In this document: positions 25,160 through 39,700 of the stretch, piece by piece
Numbering within the stretch: position 1 is the stretch's first letter
Layout: every line of letters begins with the position of its first letter
Source: Ruditapes philippinarum
Taxonomy: Eukaryota
Length of the DNA: 64,000 nucleotides
Reading direction: 5' to 3'
NCBI RefSeq assembly: GCF_026571515.1
Contig: NW_026863406.1
Span: forward strand, 1-64,000
Notes under the pieces: generated by a model
What the model saw: the letters and a program-made list of their open reading frames with translations, nothing else
Databases searched by the model: none
What the model was told of the DNA's origin: nothing
Position numbers and translations under genes: made by a program

Positions 25160-25747
25160 AAACAAGAGCGATCAGTGATCACATGTGTCGCCTCATAATG
25201 GCCAATTTCATGTTGGGACAAGTTTTGTGACAGACAGACAGACAGACGGACAGTGCACAACTAGACTTGGTACTGATCATTCCTGTAAAGTTTGGATGAA
25301 ATTGCACCAGTAGTTTATGAGGAGTAGTGGGGACAAGCTTTTGTGTATCTGGCAACACACAGAAAAAAACACCTTTTTATCAAAGGGCCATAACTCGGCC
25401 AAAAATCATTCAACCGGAAAACCCGTGCAATATGCGCAAGGACTTGAGCTACAGATCAATCCTGTAAAGTTTCATTGAAATTGCATTAGTGGTATAAGAG
25501 AAGTAGTCCGGACAAACTTTAAAAATAAAAATTATTAAAGGGCCATAACTCTGACAAAAATCATTGAACCGGAAAATGCTGACAATATGCACAACTAGAC
25601 TTGGTACTGATCATTCCTGTAAAGTTTGGATGAAATTGCACCAGTAGTTTATGAGGAGTAGTCCGGACAAGTTTTGTGACGGACAGACAGGACGACGGAG
25701 AAGTGATCCCTATATGTCGCCACTACTCCGTAGAGGCGACACAATAA
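25160..25747 (-). mobile_element. HINE/pearl-like element (rearranged)
   Basis: AACAAGA end, GATCA-G-TGATC hairpin, GTGTCGCC/GGCGACAC IR, (GACA)n tracts, duplicated internal unit. Confidence 0.75.
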
Positions 25748-25928
25748 TCTAAATATCCAAACTAACAAAATTGCTGAAGTTCATTCTTGTATTCATTACA
25801 GAAATATTAAAATTCTTAAAACTTTTATCTTTAAGACTATAAGCCTTATAATACTTACACTGTTACAGGTAAAAAAACAAGCAACAATACAAAGCAGAAA
25901 TACCATACAACATATAACAACAGAACAT

Positions 25929-26930
25929 AAACAAGAGGGTCATGATGGCCCTGGATAGCTCACCTGAGAAGTATTGCTAGAAAAGTTCACAATTTCTGTA
26001 ATGATCTCACTGTGTTTTTTTTCTTCATTTTTTACCAAAGCCACATAATTTTAAAAATATTTGCGCATGTCTGCTACTATCAATGCTTCATGACAATTAT
26101 CTAAATTCTATGGATTGCAGTTTCACAAAAGACAAATAAATGTTTTTTCCTAAACAATATGACAATGTAAGATAAATGACCTCCGGGGTGGGGGTAAATT
26201 TTGATCCCAGAGTCATGATATTAACTTTTGCGGAGGACCAAAAGGTGATGCTACATGCAAAATATCGAAATTCTTGGCATTGTTCTTTCAAAAACAATAA
26301 GGCGCTTAAGTGGTCATATAGTTGGCATGCTAATGAATAATTTCACCAGGTTCACTACTTTTACTTCTAAACCATTTAACTCTTTTTATGATAAAAGGAT
26401 TAACACAAGTCTAGATGAAGTCATTGCCATTTTTTAACCAAGGGGCATAATACATATAACTTTCTAGGGGACCACAATGTGATTCTTCAGGGAAAATATT
26501 TAAGCTCTTAGCATTATACTTTCAGAGAAGATTTTTAAGACATCCGTACTATACATGTCCATATAAACTAAGTGATAACCAATAAATGGCAGTCGAATTC
26601 TGACCCAAGGGGCATACCTTAAATAAGTTTTGTAGATGTCCACAAGGCAATGATACATGACAAATATCTAAACTCTAGGTATTGCAGTCACACGAAAGAA
26701 GATATAATTTGATACATGTATTTTAGTTTTCTAGCTATGCATCTGATTGGAACCATTTAAAACTTTTGTATCAGACCACCGAAGGATCAATCATATGAAG
26801 TTTGGTCATAATCCATCAAGTAGTTTAGGAGTTGTTGTTTAAAGAAATTGTGGGCAACGACAAATGACAGACACACGACCATCACAAACACTCTCCTCTC
26901 AGCACATTGTGCTGAACAGTCGGGTTAAGA
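25929..26930 (-). mobile_element. Old, diverged HINE-like element
   Basis: AACAAGAGGGTCATGATGGCCC...GCTCACCTGAG end, similar to the 49658 element; degenerate internal repeats. Confidence 0.55.
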
Positions 26931-27708
26931 CTAGGTAATATCGTACAGGTAGTTATCATACATGTACATTTAAGTTAGTACACATCACTATAGGGACATG
27001 TCCTGCATGTTATTATTGCAAATTACAAGATAACAAAGTAATCTGAAATGTTCACAACACAGCTGTACTACAGTGAATATTGCTTATTGATAATTAAAAA
27101 CAAACAAAAAAAGCAACATGAAATAGTTCAAAAAGTGAGTATTACAATTTAGCTTAACCTGGCATTAAGATCAACTGTATAACAATAAAAATTCATTAAG
27201 AAGACGATAATCATGTGTTCATAAAGAACTTATGAATAATTCTGATAGTCGTCTTCTACCACTTTCAACTCTATTTGAGATGATATTTATGATAACACTT
27301 GACATGAAAAATAATTGGTACATAATTCAATATAGAGATAAATTTTAAGATCCTGACCAAGGCTAGAATCAATCAAAATCTGAATCTAAAGCAGATTTCT
27401 TAAACTTTATTCAGAAACTACAAAAGTTTCATCATTTTATGTCATCTCAAGGCTCTAGTCTAAATTGATATGAAATGTTTAATAATTAATTACCATAGTA
27501 GACTTATGAAATTTTGCAATAATCTGAATTAAGTCCTGGAACATGAGACAAAACTCTCTCAAACCAGAAAAGAAATTTTGCTTTCTTAACAATTCTTTTT
27601 ATCAAATATTTCTTTAATTTAATTAATTATCACAAAACTGTGTAGAAATTTGATTCATTATTAAAATATAAACCCATTAGCCATGTAAAGTTTCTTAAAT
27701 AAATACTG

Positions 27709-30700
27709 TCAATCAATTATAATCACATCACTGTCTTGATCTTCTTTTTCTGCAGATTCCAAACTTTGACTTCGTCTTCCACGCCCACGTTTATTATTTT
27801 TTGCACTACTTTTACTATTCTCTCCTTGTTTACTGGTTTGATTACCAGACAATGTAATACTGGATTTATCTCTGTCTTGTGTTCCTATAATCTTATGCAG
27901 TTTTGGTCTTCCTCTTCCTTTAACGGCAAGTTTTTTTGGTAAAGTACACCCCTGAACAGCATGCTTTTTTGGTCTTCCTGGCCCTCTTTTAACATCTTTC
28001 ACTGCACAAGTAGTCCCTGCAGAGTCACTTGTATGCTTTGGTTTTCCTGTTTTTATAGAATAAAATCCTATTTTACGTCCTCTTAAAGAACTAAACTTTG
28101 ATGGACTGACATCTTTTTTATCTGTTTTCAATTTAACAGCAGCACCATGACGATTTATTCCTCTAGTCCTCAAAACTGGCCTCCCTCTTTTCCCTCTAAC
28201 TTGACCCTTGCCCCTCTCCATCATCAAAGATTTATGTCCTTTTGAGCGCCCTCTGCCCCTCTTACCTGTAACACTGCCTTTTTTCCTTCTGGACCCTTCA
28301 TCCTCACTACCACTCCATAAATCATCATCATCATCATCTTTATCAATATAGTCATCATTGTCATCAGTAAGGTAACTTTCGTAATTCCTATTCTTCTGAC
28401 CCTTGTCCTTAGCTCTAGATGAAACGTTACTTTTTGATCTAGGTCCACGTGGTCGTCCTCTACCCCTTTTACCTGAAATACTGGCCTTTTTTCTGCTCAA
28501 CTCTTTATCTTCTGAACCACTTTTTGTATTATCATCATCATCATCATTGTCATTATCATTTTTATCACCACGATCAGCAAGGTAATGATCCTCACTTATA
28601 CTTTGATAGTTCATATAATCACTGTCAACTTTTTCAATTCCTATACTGGGTTCATTTGAGGCTTGACTATCATCGGAATAACTTCCAGGCTGACCCCATC
28701 CAGTCAAAATGCTGTTGCCTTCCACACCACCTGGCAATGCGAGATACTGAAATACATACAAAGATAATCTTAAAATCATAGTAACATATCATCTGTATTT
28801 TAAAATGAACAACCACCTTTGATATCTTATCAACAAATATGCATTGCCCTGCACTATTTTAAGCGAAGGCTTTCATGTTAGTAGAACCACTGAGTTGCCA
28901 TAAGCTCACATGAAAGAATAATACATGAAGACTTTCACTAAATTGTTAACCAGTTTAATATTATACAAATCACAATATTACAGAGAAACTCTTTTATTAA
29001 GGACAGTTTGGGTTCTGAGTCAAAACACAATTCTTTATCTGTATCTTCATGATATTATTACTAGGACTTGTCAATAGCTGAGTGGTTAAGGCAGCCAATT
29101 TCAAAACATTTGCCCTTAACTGCTGTCAGTATGAATTCCAAGATGGACTTTGGATTCTTTCATGATAGATAGCTATCTAACTAGCTTATGGAAGGTCACC
29201 ATCAGTAGTTTTTACTTAGTTGCCAGCTCTAGCTTAAAATAATGCATGGTGGGGCACCTCAATATGTACTGCTAGTCTTTATGTCAAATTATGTGACTTA
29301 AAACACTGACTGACAAAAGTCTATGCTGTAAGAAACATTCCATACCATAACACCAGCATTTTTGTTGTGTGCAAAGTTCAAATATACAGTAGATAGATAT
29401 TCATTAAAGTCACGGCACAACTTAACAAGGATTGGAAAATATCATTCAAATTAACATCAGAAACATTTACATTTTTATCACTATATGTGGGTTTCTTCAC
29501 AATAAGCAAATGTAATATATAAAAGATCTCTATGTTAAATTTGTACAAATCATGCAATCATTCATCTATATCATTAAATTTATCTTCATAAAAATACAAA
29601 AAACTGTTTTTGATCCCAAAATGACAGCCTAATGTCTTCTGTGTAGAAGATATCCAATATTGATGCCTCAATATAATTGTCACATATATTGACTCAGTGC
29701 CCTTATTACCTCATTGGGGACAAGGTCAGGGCCTTCATGTAGGGAATTTGTATTGTTTTGAAGAAAAAAAAATTGTCTGACAACAACAATACTCATTATG
29801 TTAACTATCACATATTTCCTTGTGAAAAATAAAGCAATTTTCAATTGATATTGTAAAGTGTCTTCTTCTTGAGGCAGATTTTTTTAGGGAGGAGGATGGG
29901 CACAATAATCGGTAAGGACTAAAATTACCTTGTCTTGTTCTGGACTAAATTTTGGCTCCATATGCCACTTCTTGTCATGATCCAAAAGTCGTTTCTTTTT
30001 TCTTGGTGGGCTCCCACACACATCTGGTGACTGAAAATAACAAAATGTAATTGCATTCCTAATTCAAACACACATACTTATTAAATCAATACTCTTTACG
30101 GTAAATACCGATGTTACATACCGTTGATATCAAGTCTATAGGCGTGGCCGAGTGACTGTGGTTAACGCGTCAGACTAGTAATCTTAAGGATTGCTGACCG
30201 CGTGGGTTCAAACCCTGTCAAAGCTGTTGTTTCCTTGAGCAAGAAACTTTACATTCATTGCTTAGTACTTGTTAATTCCAGGAACGATTCGAGAGTAATT
30301 CAATAAGCTTATAACTTCCAACACAATCAAACTAAAATATATGTATATTTGTATAAACTAAACTAAGTCTACCATTACAAAATAAACTATATATCTGCCA
30401 CTACTTTGACAATTATAATAAAGATTTCAATTTGAACTTGAAATTTAAATTTACTGTTGCATTTTAATTCAAGAAATGAAATAAAGTATTCTTCAGAAAT
30501 AATATATGTTAAAGTCTAACAAAGAACACTGACTTATTATAATTTTAAGTCAAAATGAACATAGTCTTTCACAGGCTTCCTTTTCTGTTAAATTTGATAG
30601 AATTTCACCCAACAGGAAAGTGAAAATATCTTTTGAAAGTCCAATGCATGCAAATGATTGTTTACAATACCTCACTTCTCCAGCTGTCAACCTTCTAAGT

Positions 30701-33700
30701 GTTATTTAGCCTATCAAAAATATGTCAAGACTTTGTAAGGATTACAATCTCCAATGAATTGGTAAATATCAACTAATATCATAATGAACTCATCACCACA
30801 CTCTAGCCTTTTTTCAGTAAATTTTTGTTGTCCTGAGACAAAGCTAGCATACACGCCCATTAGGGCCTGTAATCCAGTAAGTCTTATCAGTATAAACAGA
30901 ACATTTCTAAGACATTAGCTATATCAACTTACCTTGCTTGTTGAAGCCAGAGACTGATTAGTACTTGATTTCTGAGTCTGCAGCGATTGTTGTTCTCGCT
31001 GGGAAGTCTCTGTAGAAGAAGACACATTTTCAACATCTGTAGAAACGTGCGGTAAATTCTGAATATTCGGTAATGAGGAAAGAGAGCCCTTCACAGTGTC
31101 TGACGAGACATATACTGACGGACTGGAAGAAACTGATCCAAAAGTTTGATTTGTTGTAGACTTATCTGCAGCAATTACAGTTTTTTCAACAGTCTTTTGT
31201 TGATCTTTTACTGGTACTAGTCCTAATACATCCATTGCAGAATCAGAAGAATGTTTATCCGACACAATAACACAAGAGGATGATAATTTTTCCTCATCTT
31301 GAACCGACAATGTGGGACTTGACATACCATCTAAATGTTCCATTGTGGGACAACGCAACCTTGGAGGAGAACCTTTTTCATTCAACCCATCTACTGGACT
31401 TTTCAATGTAGATTTCTCCCCAGAATTAATAGTAGAATCTTCCTTTATATTTGAGAAGGACTGTTTTCTTTTTGACTTGGTCCCTACACTTCCAGTCAAA
31501 TTTTCACTGCCTGAAGTATTAATATTTACATTTTTACTGTTACAAATTTGCTCCGAACTTTGGTTGGTATTGTTAAATTCTATTTCACAAACATCTTCAT
31601 CATCACTTATGATTGTTACATCTTCATCTTTCTGGATATTACTTGAGTTGAAATCACTTTCAGCTTTAACTGCTTTGCCTGCATCATATGTAATATTTGA
31701 TATCTCTTCATATTCCTCATCATAATAATCATCCTCATCTTCTATCTCATCACAGTCCATATCAAAATAATCTGGCTCTTTCTCTTCTACTTTCTCTTCT
31801 ACTTTCTCTTCAATCACATCAGTATTGTTTGCATCCTTTGTTATGTTTGTCTCACCAACATCATTTGAATCATCATCATCAATACTTATTACTTCAACAT
31901 CTTCTATTCTTTCCTTCTTTTTCTCAGCTACAGCTTGTGATTTTACAGTCTTGCTTGATCCATTGTCCATTAAAGAAACCTTAAATTCAGATGTTGGATT
32001 TTTTTGACCAGATATACTTTGACCTTTACATTTGTTAATTTCATTGTTTTCAGCTGAAGTACTGGCTTGACTGTTTGTTTCTTTAACGCTGGCTTTGTTA
32101 TTTGTGTGCAATCCTGTATTCTTGTCGGGTACTTTTACAATATCTGTCTTTGTCTTTACAGAAATGATTTCAGTTTCTATAACATTACCAGCTTCGTCCT
32201 TGCTGATAGTTTGGCAACTTCCTGTATCTAACTTGTCTAACACTGATGAATTCATTGGATGTTTAGAATGGCTATTTTGTGATGTACTCATACAATTGCT
32301 GTCTGACTGGCTAGCCTTCTGCTTTTTAATATCATTGCCATTTTCATTATGTGTGATTGCCTCAGTATTAGTTTCATCAACAATGACAGGACTTTCTCCT
32401 CCAGTTTTGTTTCCATTTTGCTTGTCAGTTTTGTTTTCTTCACTTCCAGATACACTTGTTGTATTAGAGCCAGCAGAAGTTTCTGTTGTTTGATTCAAGC
32501 AATGCCACACAGCTGCTAGAATCAACTGCAATGAAAATAAAACAAGAGGTACATGTATGTTACATAATGAGGGCCATCATTTTTTACCACTCACGTTCAT
32601 CAGTTACATATTAAATGTTTTCAATCATCTCTTGAACAAATTCCAGCATAATTTAGTTGTAAAATCTATTTTTAGCTTTGGTGACCCAAATCCTTTTTTG
32701 AAAATTTAAACCTTGTTGACCAGTATGTGACCCTTGTGAAATTGCAAAAGAAAATCAACATACTACTCCTGAATATTCTGGCCAAACCTGTAAGTAACAT
32801 AAAACCGTCAATTTACAGTATAAATTATGCATTCTTTTATGTAAGATAGTGTGTCTTCTTATCATTTACAGTACGGACAGTCTGTAAAAAAAACAACTTA
32901 CTTTTACCTGATAACTGAAAGTTAACATTTTTACTTGTTGGAAAGTTAAAAATTGGATGCAGATTAGCATGCTCATTTATTCTCTAAATAAGAAGCTGAG
33001 TCACCCCAATATTCTACATGCATGCATAAAAATTGCAGGTAAGGGATACATCCATGTACAATAAAAATCATCAAAACTGTCAAATGCTTATTAATGAATG
33101 TTTTGTTCTTGCTGTCTATAACTTGTTTGAGACGGTTTAAACCACGGTATCTGTGGCCGAAATATTGTCTCTAGCTCAGTCCTATTCTCAATCATAGCCA
33201 CACCTTGAGGTTCAATGCATCATATTGTAAGAAAAAAATGTTGAATATTAATAATTACAGCCAAAAAAGGATTTTGAGTTTCTGGGAATCATATTAAGAT
33301 TTGTCACTATGATCAGTGATTCTTTGTGTGTATTTTACAGCCGAATAAAGACTGTTTCCCCTAGCTAAAATAAGTATATTTTCCCCTAAAAATGCCAATA
33401 TTATCCCCTAAAATGTCACTTTGATTTTCATATAATTTAACTTTAATCAGTTTTGATCAATCCAAATGTCATGTGAAATAAAAAATATCAGTCAGCATTT
33501 TGAAATGAAAATTTGTAATTTCAGATATAAAAATTTTGGGTTATAATGTATATATAAACTGATCAAAAGATCTGGGTTTGTTAAATCTGTTTTGTTGCTT
33601 ATAGCCTCAAGTAAGAACTCATTGCCTGTGTCAATGAAAAGTCAGGAGAATGACTCTGCCTAAGAGTTCACCAATACACCTAGCTACTAACCAAAGAGGG

Positions 33701-36700
33701 TAAAATTTGGCAATGTCACTGGCAGTTAGCAGTCAGAGTTTGACTTACAATAATTTTGATTGAACGAAAATGCATTATTCTGTGTGTAAGAAGGCAAGTA
33801 AAACCAGAAAAAGCCTTCAGTCCAGTGCTGTTGTCATTGACAATACAGAATTCCAAGCACATGTGGAGGAAATGTGTAGGGGCAGCATTCCAGTCTGGAA
33901 TTTCTGAAGGCATATTTCATAAAAAAAATTGCTTGGCAATTGGCTCTGCTTGGAATATTATAGGGAAAGGGAGAAGATGTAAGCAATAATTATGAGCTAA
34001 ATAAATATAGATCTGCCAGTTTTCCATTTATGTAATAACCAACTTTTATTAAAAAATTAAATTCCATAGAACTAACATATATCTAAAATGTATGACCTTT
34101 TGACAGAGCAGAAGTAAAAAACTTTAATTAGGGCTGTCATTGAATATCCCAATATCGCTATATCATCGATATTCATTATCTGGTACAATATTGATACACA
34201 CTTTCAAATATGGATACAAGCTAAATTTTATTTATTTCTGTTAGTGAATATACCTCTCTACTTTGCCTAATAAAGAGAATATATATACATGTATATTTGT
34301 ATATTGCTTAGTTTATTATGCCTAGGATATTAGACTTTGTTAACAAGGTTGTTCTTTATATTTTGCTTAGATTGTTTTGTACAAGAATAAGTAGGGTTTA
34401 TGTCAGTGTAAGAAGGCAAAGAAAAATATTTTATGTAATCAATTATTTCATGTCCATTTACATTGATGATTCTAAATCAAATATGTTTCATAAAACAAAT
34501 GTCTATTTTGTTTACATAATTAGTGTTATTTACATCAATAAACAATTGAATTATTTCAATCTTATAGCAAACAAAACATATTCTTTAAAGTTTAAACCCT
34601 TAACTTGAATAGTGTCCAATATCAGCAAACATTTTCATTGAAATGTTTGATAGTTACAGTATGCTGGTCATGTGAGGAAGCTATCCAGCTAGCTTACAGA
34701 ACTTCGGTGGTTCTACTCAGGTGCCCATTTGTGCCTGAACTAATGCACGAAGGGTACCTGAGGTCTTCCTCCACCAGTAAAGCCGGAATGTCGCAATATG
34801 ACCTATACTGTGTTGGTGTGACGTAAAACCCAATAAAACAAACAAACAAACAAACAAACAAACAAACAGTATGCTAGAAATTCTGTGATAAAGTTTGACT
34901 TAAAGTTTCACTTTTTGCAAGTTTAAAATAGATTAGAAGTCAAATTAGAGTCTATTTTCTGATTTTTTCAATGATTCAGTGTTTGCTACTGAAAAATAAA
35001 CAACACTTGTCAGTCATTGACTGTAAAATGCTTTGGTACTAAATCATTGTCAGTTTCATACATTTCTAATCATTGTTACATGTATGAGAGTTAAAGGAAA
35101 TTGTTTCCAAATGCCTGACGGCATGTAACACGAGACATGTGTTAATAGCTTTGCTAAAACCCCATGGGTTAAAGCTTCCTAATCAAGAATCCATACAATT
35201 CTTTCTGGAGGTTACTTACCACGGAGGAAACGTGTTTATTATGGTTAATTGTCGTTTGATGTTTATTCTACTTATAACGTATATATTTTATTTAATAAAA
35301 TACAATAGAATTATTGCGTCAATTTGAACAATAAAAAGTTTACCGGATATTTTCACACCTTTTATCCCTTATTATCACTTATTAATTATTTTTATAGAAG
35401 TGGTACGTAACCTCCAAAAATGATACATTTACTGGTCGGGGACCATCAACCGGACACTTTTTGAACATTTTTCCATACAGATTTCATACTTTCCAACTCA
35501 GAGACCTAAAAATTTGACACAGTACAGCTAGGTTCTTCTCCTAACTAACAAACTAGTTTGTTTATTTCTGATTGTATTTCACTTATATCTGAGGCTCGTC
35601 AAGGAGGGTATCCAAATTACCTAAATTGTCTACACTATAGTACCATGTGTCCGGACAGATACATGTGTGTACATGGCGTGATTTAATTCATATAAAAGCT
35701 TGGATGTTTTAATTTTTAAGTTTTAACATGATATACAATATATCAGCAACAAATGCTGAAGTTTTGGAAATTCTATTGTTTACTTTGCAAATGATTATAG
35801 CTGGTATATGAGATCAGGCATTTCTTTCTTGATGCCCAAACTTCAACGGCAACATTCTTAAAATAGACATTAAAATATTACTATTTACGGAGGTTGAAAT
35901 AAATTTATTTACTAAATTATAAAAGAAACGTGCATTTATTGTTTAAACAAAAAGTGACTGACTACCACTGAACAAAGAAAATACTAAATTAAGCATTTTC
36001 GGGGCCGTCCGGGTTTGGTGGTTGTCCGGTTTTGGTGGTCCCCAACCAGTATGCAGTGGTACGTTTCCTCCAAATTCCCTCTCACTAGTATACTGTATTA
36101 TTATAAAATTTGCTACAGGGTCCTACTTATGTAAATACTTTTGTAGCAGATGACCTATACTGTGTTGGTGTGACGTAAAACCCAATAAAACAAACAAACA
36201 AACAAACAGTATGCTAGAAAATCTATGATAAAGTTTGACTTAAAGTTTCACTTTTTGCAAGTTTAAAATAGATTAGAAGTCTAATTAGAGTCTATTTTCT
36301 GATTTTTTCAATGATTCAGTGTTTGCTACTGAAAAATAAACAACACTTGTCAGTCATTGACTGTAAAATGCTTTGGTACTAAATCATTGTCAGTTTCATA
36401 CATTTCTAATCATTGTTACATGTATGAGAGTTAAAGGAAATTGTTTCCAAATGCCTGACGGCATGTAACACGAGACATGTGTTAATAGCTTTGCTAAAAC
36501 CCCATGGGTTAAAGCTTCCTAATCAAGAATCCATACAATTCTTTCTGGAGGTTACTTACCACGGAGGAAACGTGTTTATTATGGTTAATTGTCGTTTGAT
36601 GTTTATTCTACTTATAACGTATCAGGGCACTCGTTTGGCCATTTTTGGGGCCGAATATCGGCCCCATTCCCCTCTCAAAATCATATGCTTTTTTCCCCTA

Positions 36701-39700
36701 TTTCAGCAGAAAATTCCCCTAAAAAAAATTGTAGAATAAATGTTTGATATTTAACAAAAAAAGTGATGTTTTCATTTCATAAAAATAAAATATATTTCTG
36801 TTTAACTTTCAATGGATTGAAAACTAAATTACAGTTGTCAACAACGCTGTATGTTAAAACCGAAAGTAGCAGGAAGTGAGAAATGTAGAAGGGAGGTAAC
36901 TCTCGTAAAATTATTGACAAAATTAATGTGGCAGATAATCATCGTAGGAGTTTACCTTATATTCAATTTGTTTAGAGAATAGACATACATTGTCATATTT
37001 TGCTAGTTAATAAACAAAACTATTTTAATTTCTGTCAGTTGATGTTGGAAAAAACGTATTTCTCTTGCAGTTTTGTACTCAAATATTTTCGTACCCAGTT
37101 TTACAGTTACAGACAATTTTCTCTGAAACCAAACCCTTTTTTAGAAAAGGCATAAAACTTTCTTGTTATTTTTATTTAATTCTTATTTCAATTCTCATTG
37201 TTATAATTGTTTCAATCTAAAGAACAGGCAGAAATATGTAGAAAATAGATTAAGAACTGACCAGTGCAGATTGCAAAATAGTGTGATACATTTTTAACTT
37301 TAAAAATAAAGAAACAATTAATGACTATAATAGGAAATAATTTTCCTGGTGTTTCCAGCACTTGGGTATAACATACCCTTGCCTAGGAAAGTCTGCATTT
37401 CCAGAGCTTGTTGCACTGATTCAATTTTTGTTGTACAAGTTTTTTTTTTAACTGTCAGTTTTAATTTTTTATCATAAACAAAAATGCATTATGCTTGCTA
37501 TAGATTTTAATATAACCCTAACATTTTTTTCAGAATTTGCATTTTAACCCCTCACTTTAGAATTTGAGGGGTATAAAACCCTTGGCCAAAACATATATCT
37601 GGAGCTCTGATTGATGTCTGAGTCAGTCAAGTGCAATAACAAAGCAATAAAGAAAATAATGAGATAGCCTATCTCAAGAAAAACTTCCTGTTATATGTTT
37701 TATTTGTTAGGTCTATAGTAATAAATATACTAGCTATTGTAAGTAATGGTAGGAAATTGTGCCAAGAGTTAATGTAAAACCTAAATTTAAAGAACTCATA
37801 TATGGCTTAAAATTTCCCCTTTTGTCTTAAAATGACGCAAGTGAGGGTATGGGTACCAGTCCCCAAAAGTTGTCTAGTGCCCTGCCGTATATATTTTATT
37901 TAATAAAATACAATAGAATTATTGCGTCAATTTGAACAATAAAAAGTTTACCGGATATTTTCACACCTTTTATCCCTTATTATCACTTATTAATTATTTT
38001 TATAGAAGTGGTACGTAACCTCCAAAAATGATACATTTACTGGTCGGGGACCATCAACCGGACACTTTTTTTGAACATTTTTCCATACAGATTTCATACT
38101 TTCCAACTCAGAGAGCCTAAAATTTGACACATACAGCTAGGTTCTTCTCCTAACTAACAAACTAAAGTTTGTTTATTTCTGATTGTATTTCACTTATATT
38201 CTGAGGCTCGTCAAGGAGGGTATCCAAATTACCTAAATTGTCATACACTATAGTACCATGTGTCCGGACAGATATGTACATGGCGTGATTTAATTCATAT
38301 AAAAGCTTGGATGTTTTTAATTTTTAAGTTTTAACATGATATACAATATTCAGCAACAAATGCTGAAGTTTTGGAAATTCTATTGTTTACTTTGCAAATG
38401 ATTATAGCTGGTATATGAGATCAGGCATTTCTTTTCTTGATGCCAAACTTCAACGGCAACATTCTTAAAATAGACATTAAAAATATTACTATTTACGGAG
38501 GTTGAAATAAATTTATTTACTAAATTATAAAAGAAACGTGCATTTATTGTTAAAACAAACAGTGACTGACAACCACTGAACAAAGAAAATACTAAATTAA
38601 GCATTTTCGGGGCCGTCCGGGTTTGGTGGTTGTCCGGTTTTGGTGGTCCCCAACCAGTATGCAGTGGTACGTTTCCTCCAAATTCCCTCTCACTAGTATA
38701 CTGTAGCCTCGAGTGCCCATGTTCCGGTGATATAAGGACAGGATTGAGAATAAAACCAACTTTAAGAATGAAAAAAACAGTTGTAACATTTGCCAAATAA
38801 AAACAAATAACTTACCTTCAAAATGCCTTGGTTTTTATTAAAATAGCATAAGTAGTTCATGATTTTTTTTCAAAAGTTTAACCACCTTCAAAAAATTTCT
38901 TCTGTAAAAACATGGTGCCCGGCCCTGATTGTTTCCCGGCTCCGGTGACGTCATACACATGCTAATCAAGGGGGTAACTTCGAATAAAACAACAATTAGG
39001 CCACTTCAATTTTTATATTGGGTTCTACAGGCTTACATATGTTTTATTACATAGTAATTCTATTCAAAACATAAATTTTTCACAGTTTTAATCAGTTATC
39101 ATTGCACATATTCTCAAGGAAGTAAATTTCCAAATTTAGTTTATTTACATCTTTGTTTTATAGTATCAAGTCACAAATATGCAAGGATGCAAATTCACTC
39201 TTTCCTCCTTGCAACATGGCAAACAAAGTGATCTCCAACGCCTTAAGACTCTTTCAGAAGTACAATATAATCAAATGCACCCAGTGGCCACAAGACTCAA
39301 CTGCCCCCACTCTCCCCCATGTTGTAAACTTTTACAAAATTGCGGTTCAACAAGTTCAACTGGGGTAAATTTTTGCATTTAAACAACAAAGTTCCAAACT
39401 CATCAATTTCAATTTCACTGTCAGTATCTGACACATTTTCAAAACAAGATTTATACATGATGGCCCAGGTTGTGGTGATGGTGGGGTCTTCTTTTGCTGT
39501 TTACTCTGCTTAACCTTAGATTTTGACTGGTTTAGATTTTCCTTGTTTTTGAACATGCTCAGTCATTTGTTTCAGTACAGACTCATTGATTTCCTTACCC
39601 GCAACAATTTTACTCATGGTATTTCTTGGTTTTGTTTTTGTTTTCATTTTTTACCCTTTTAAGACTAGCCTCTTTCTGGTGCAAGAAATTTACAATGTCC

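Noticed and set aside
32712-32787. Alternative 76-nt exon joining gene 3 exon 1 (phase 2) to the large exon
   Set aside because: It contains an in-frame TAG; the 24-nt version using the GTATGT donor keeps the frame open.
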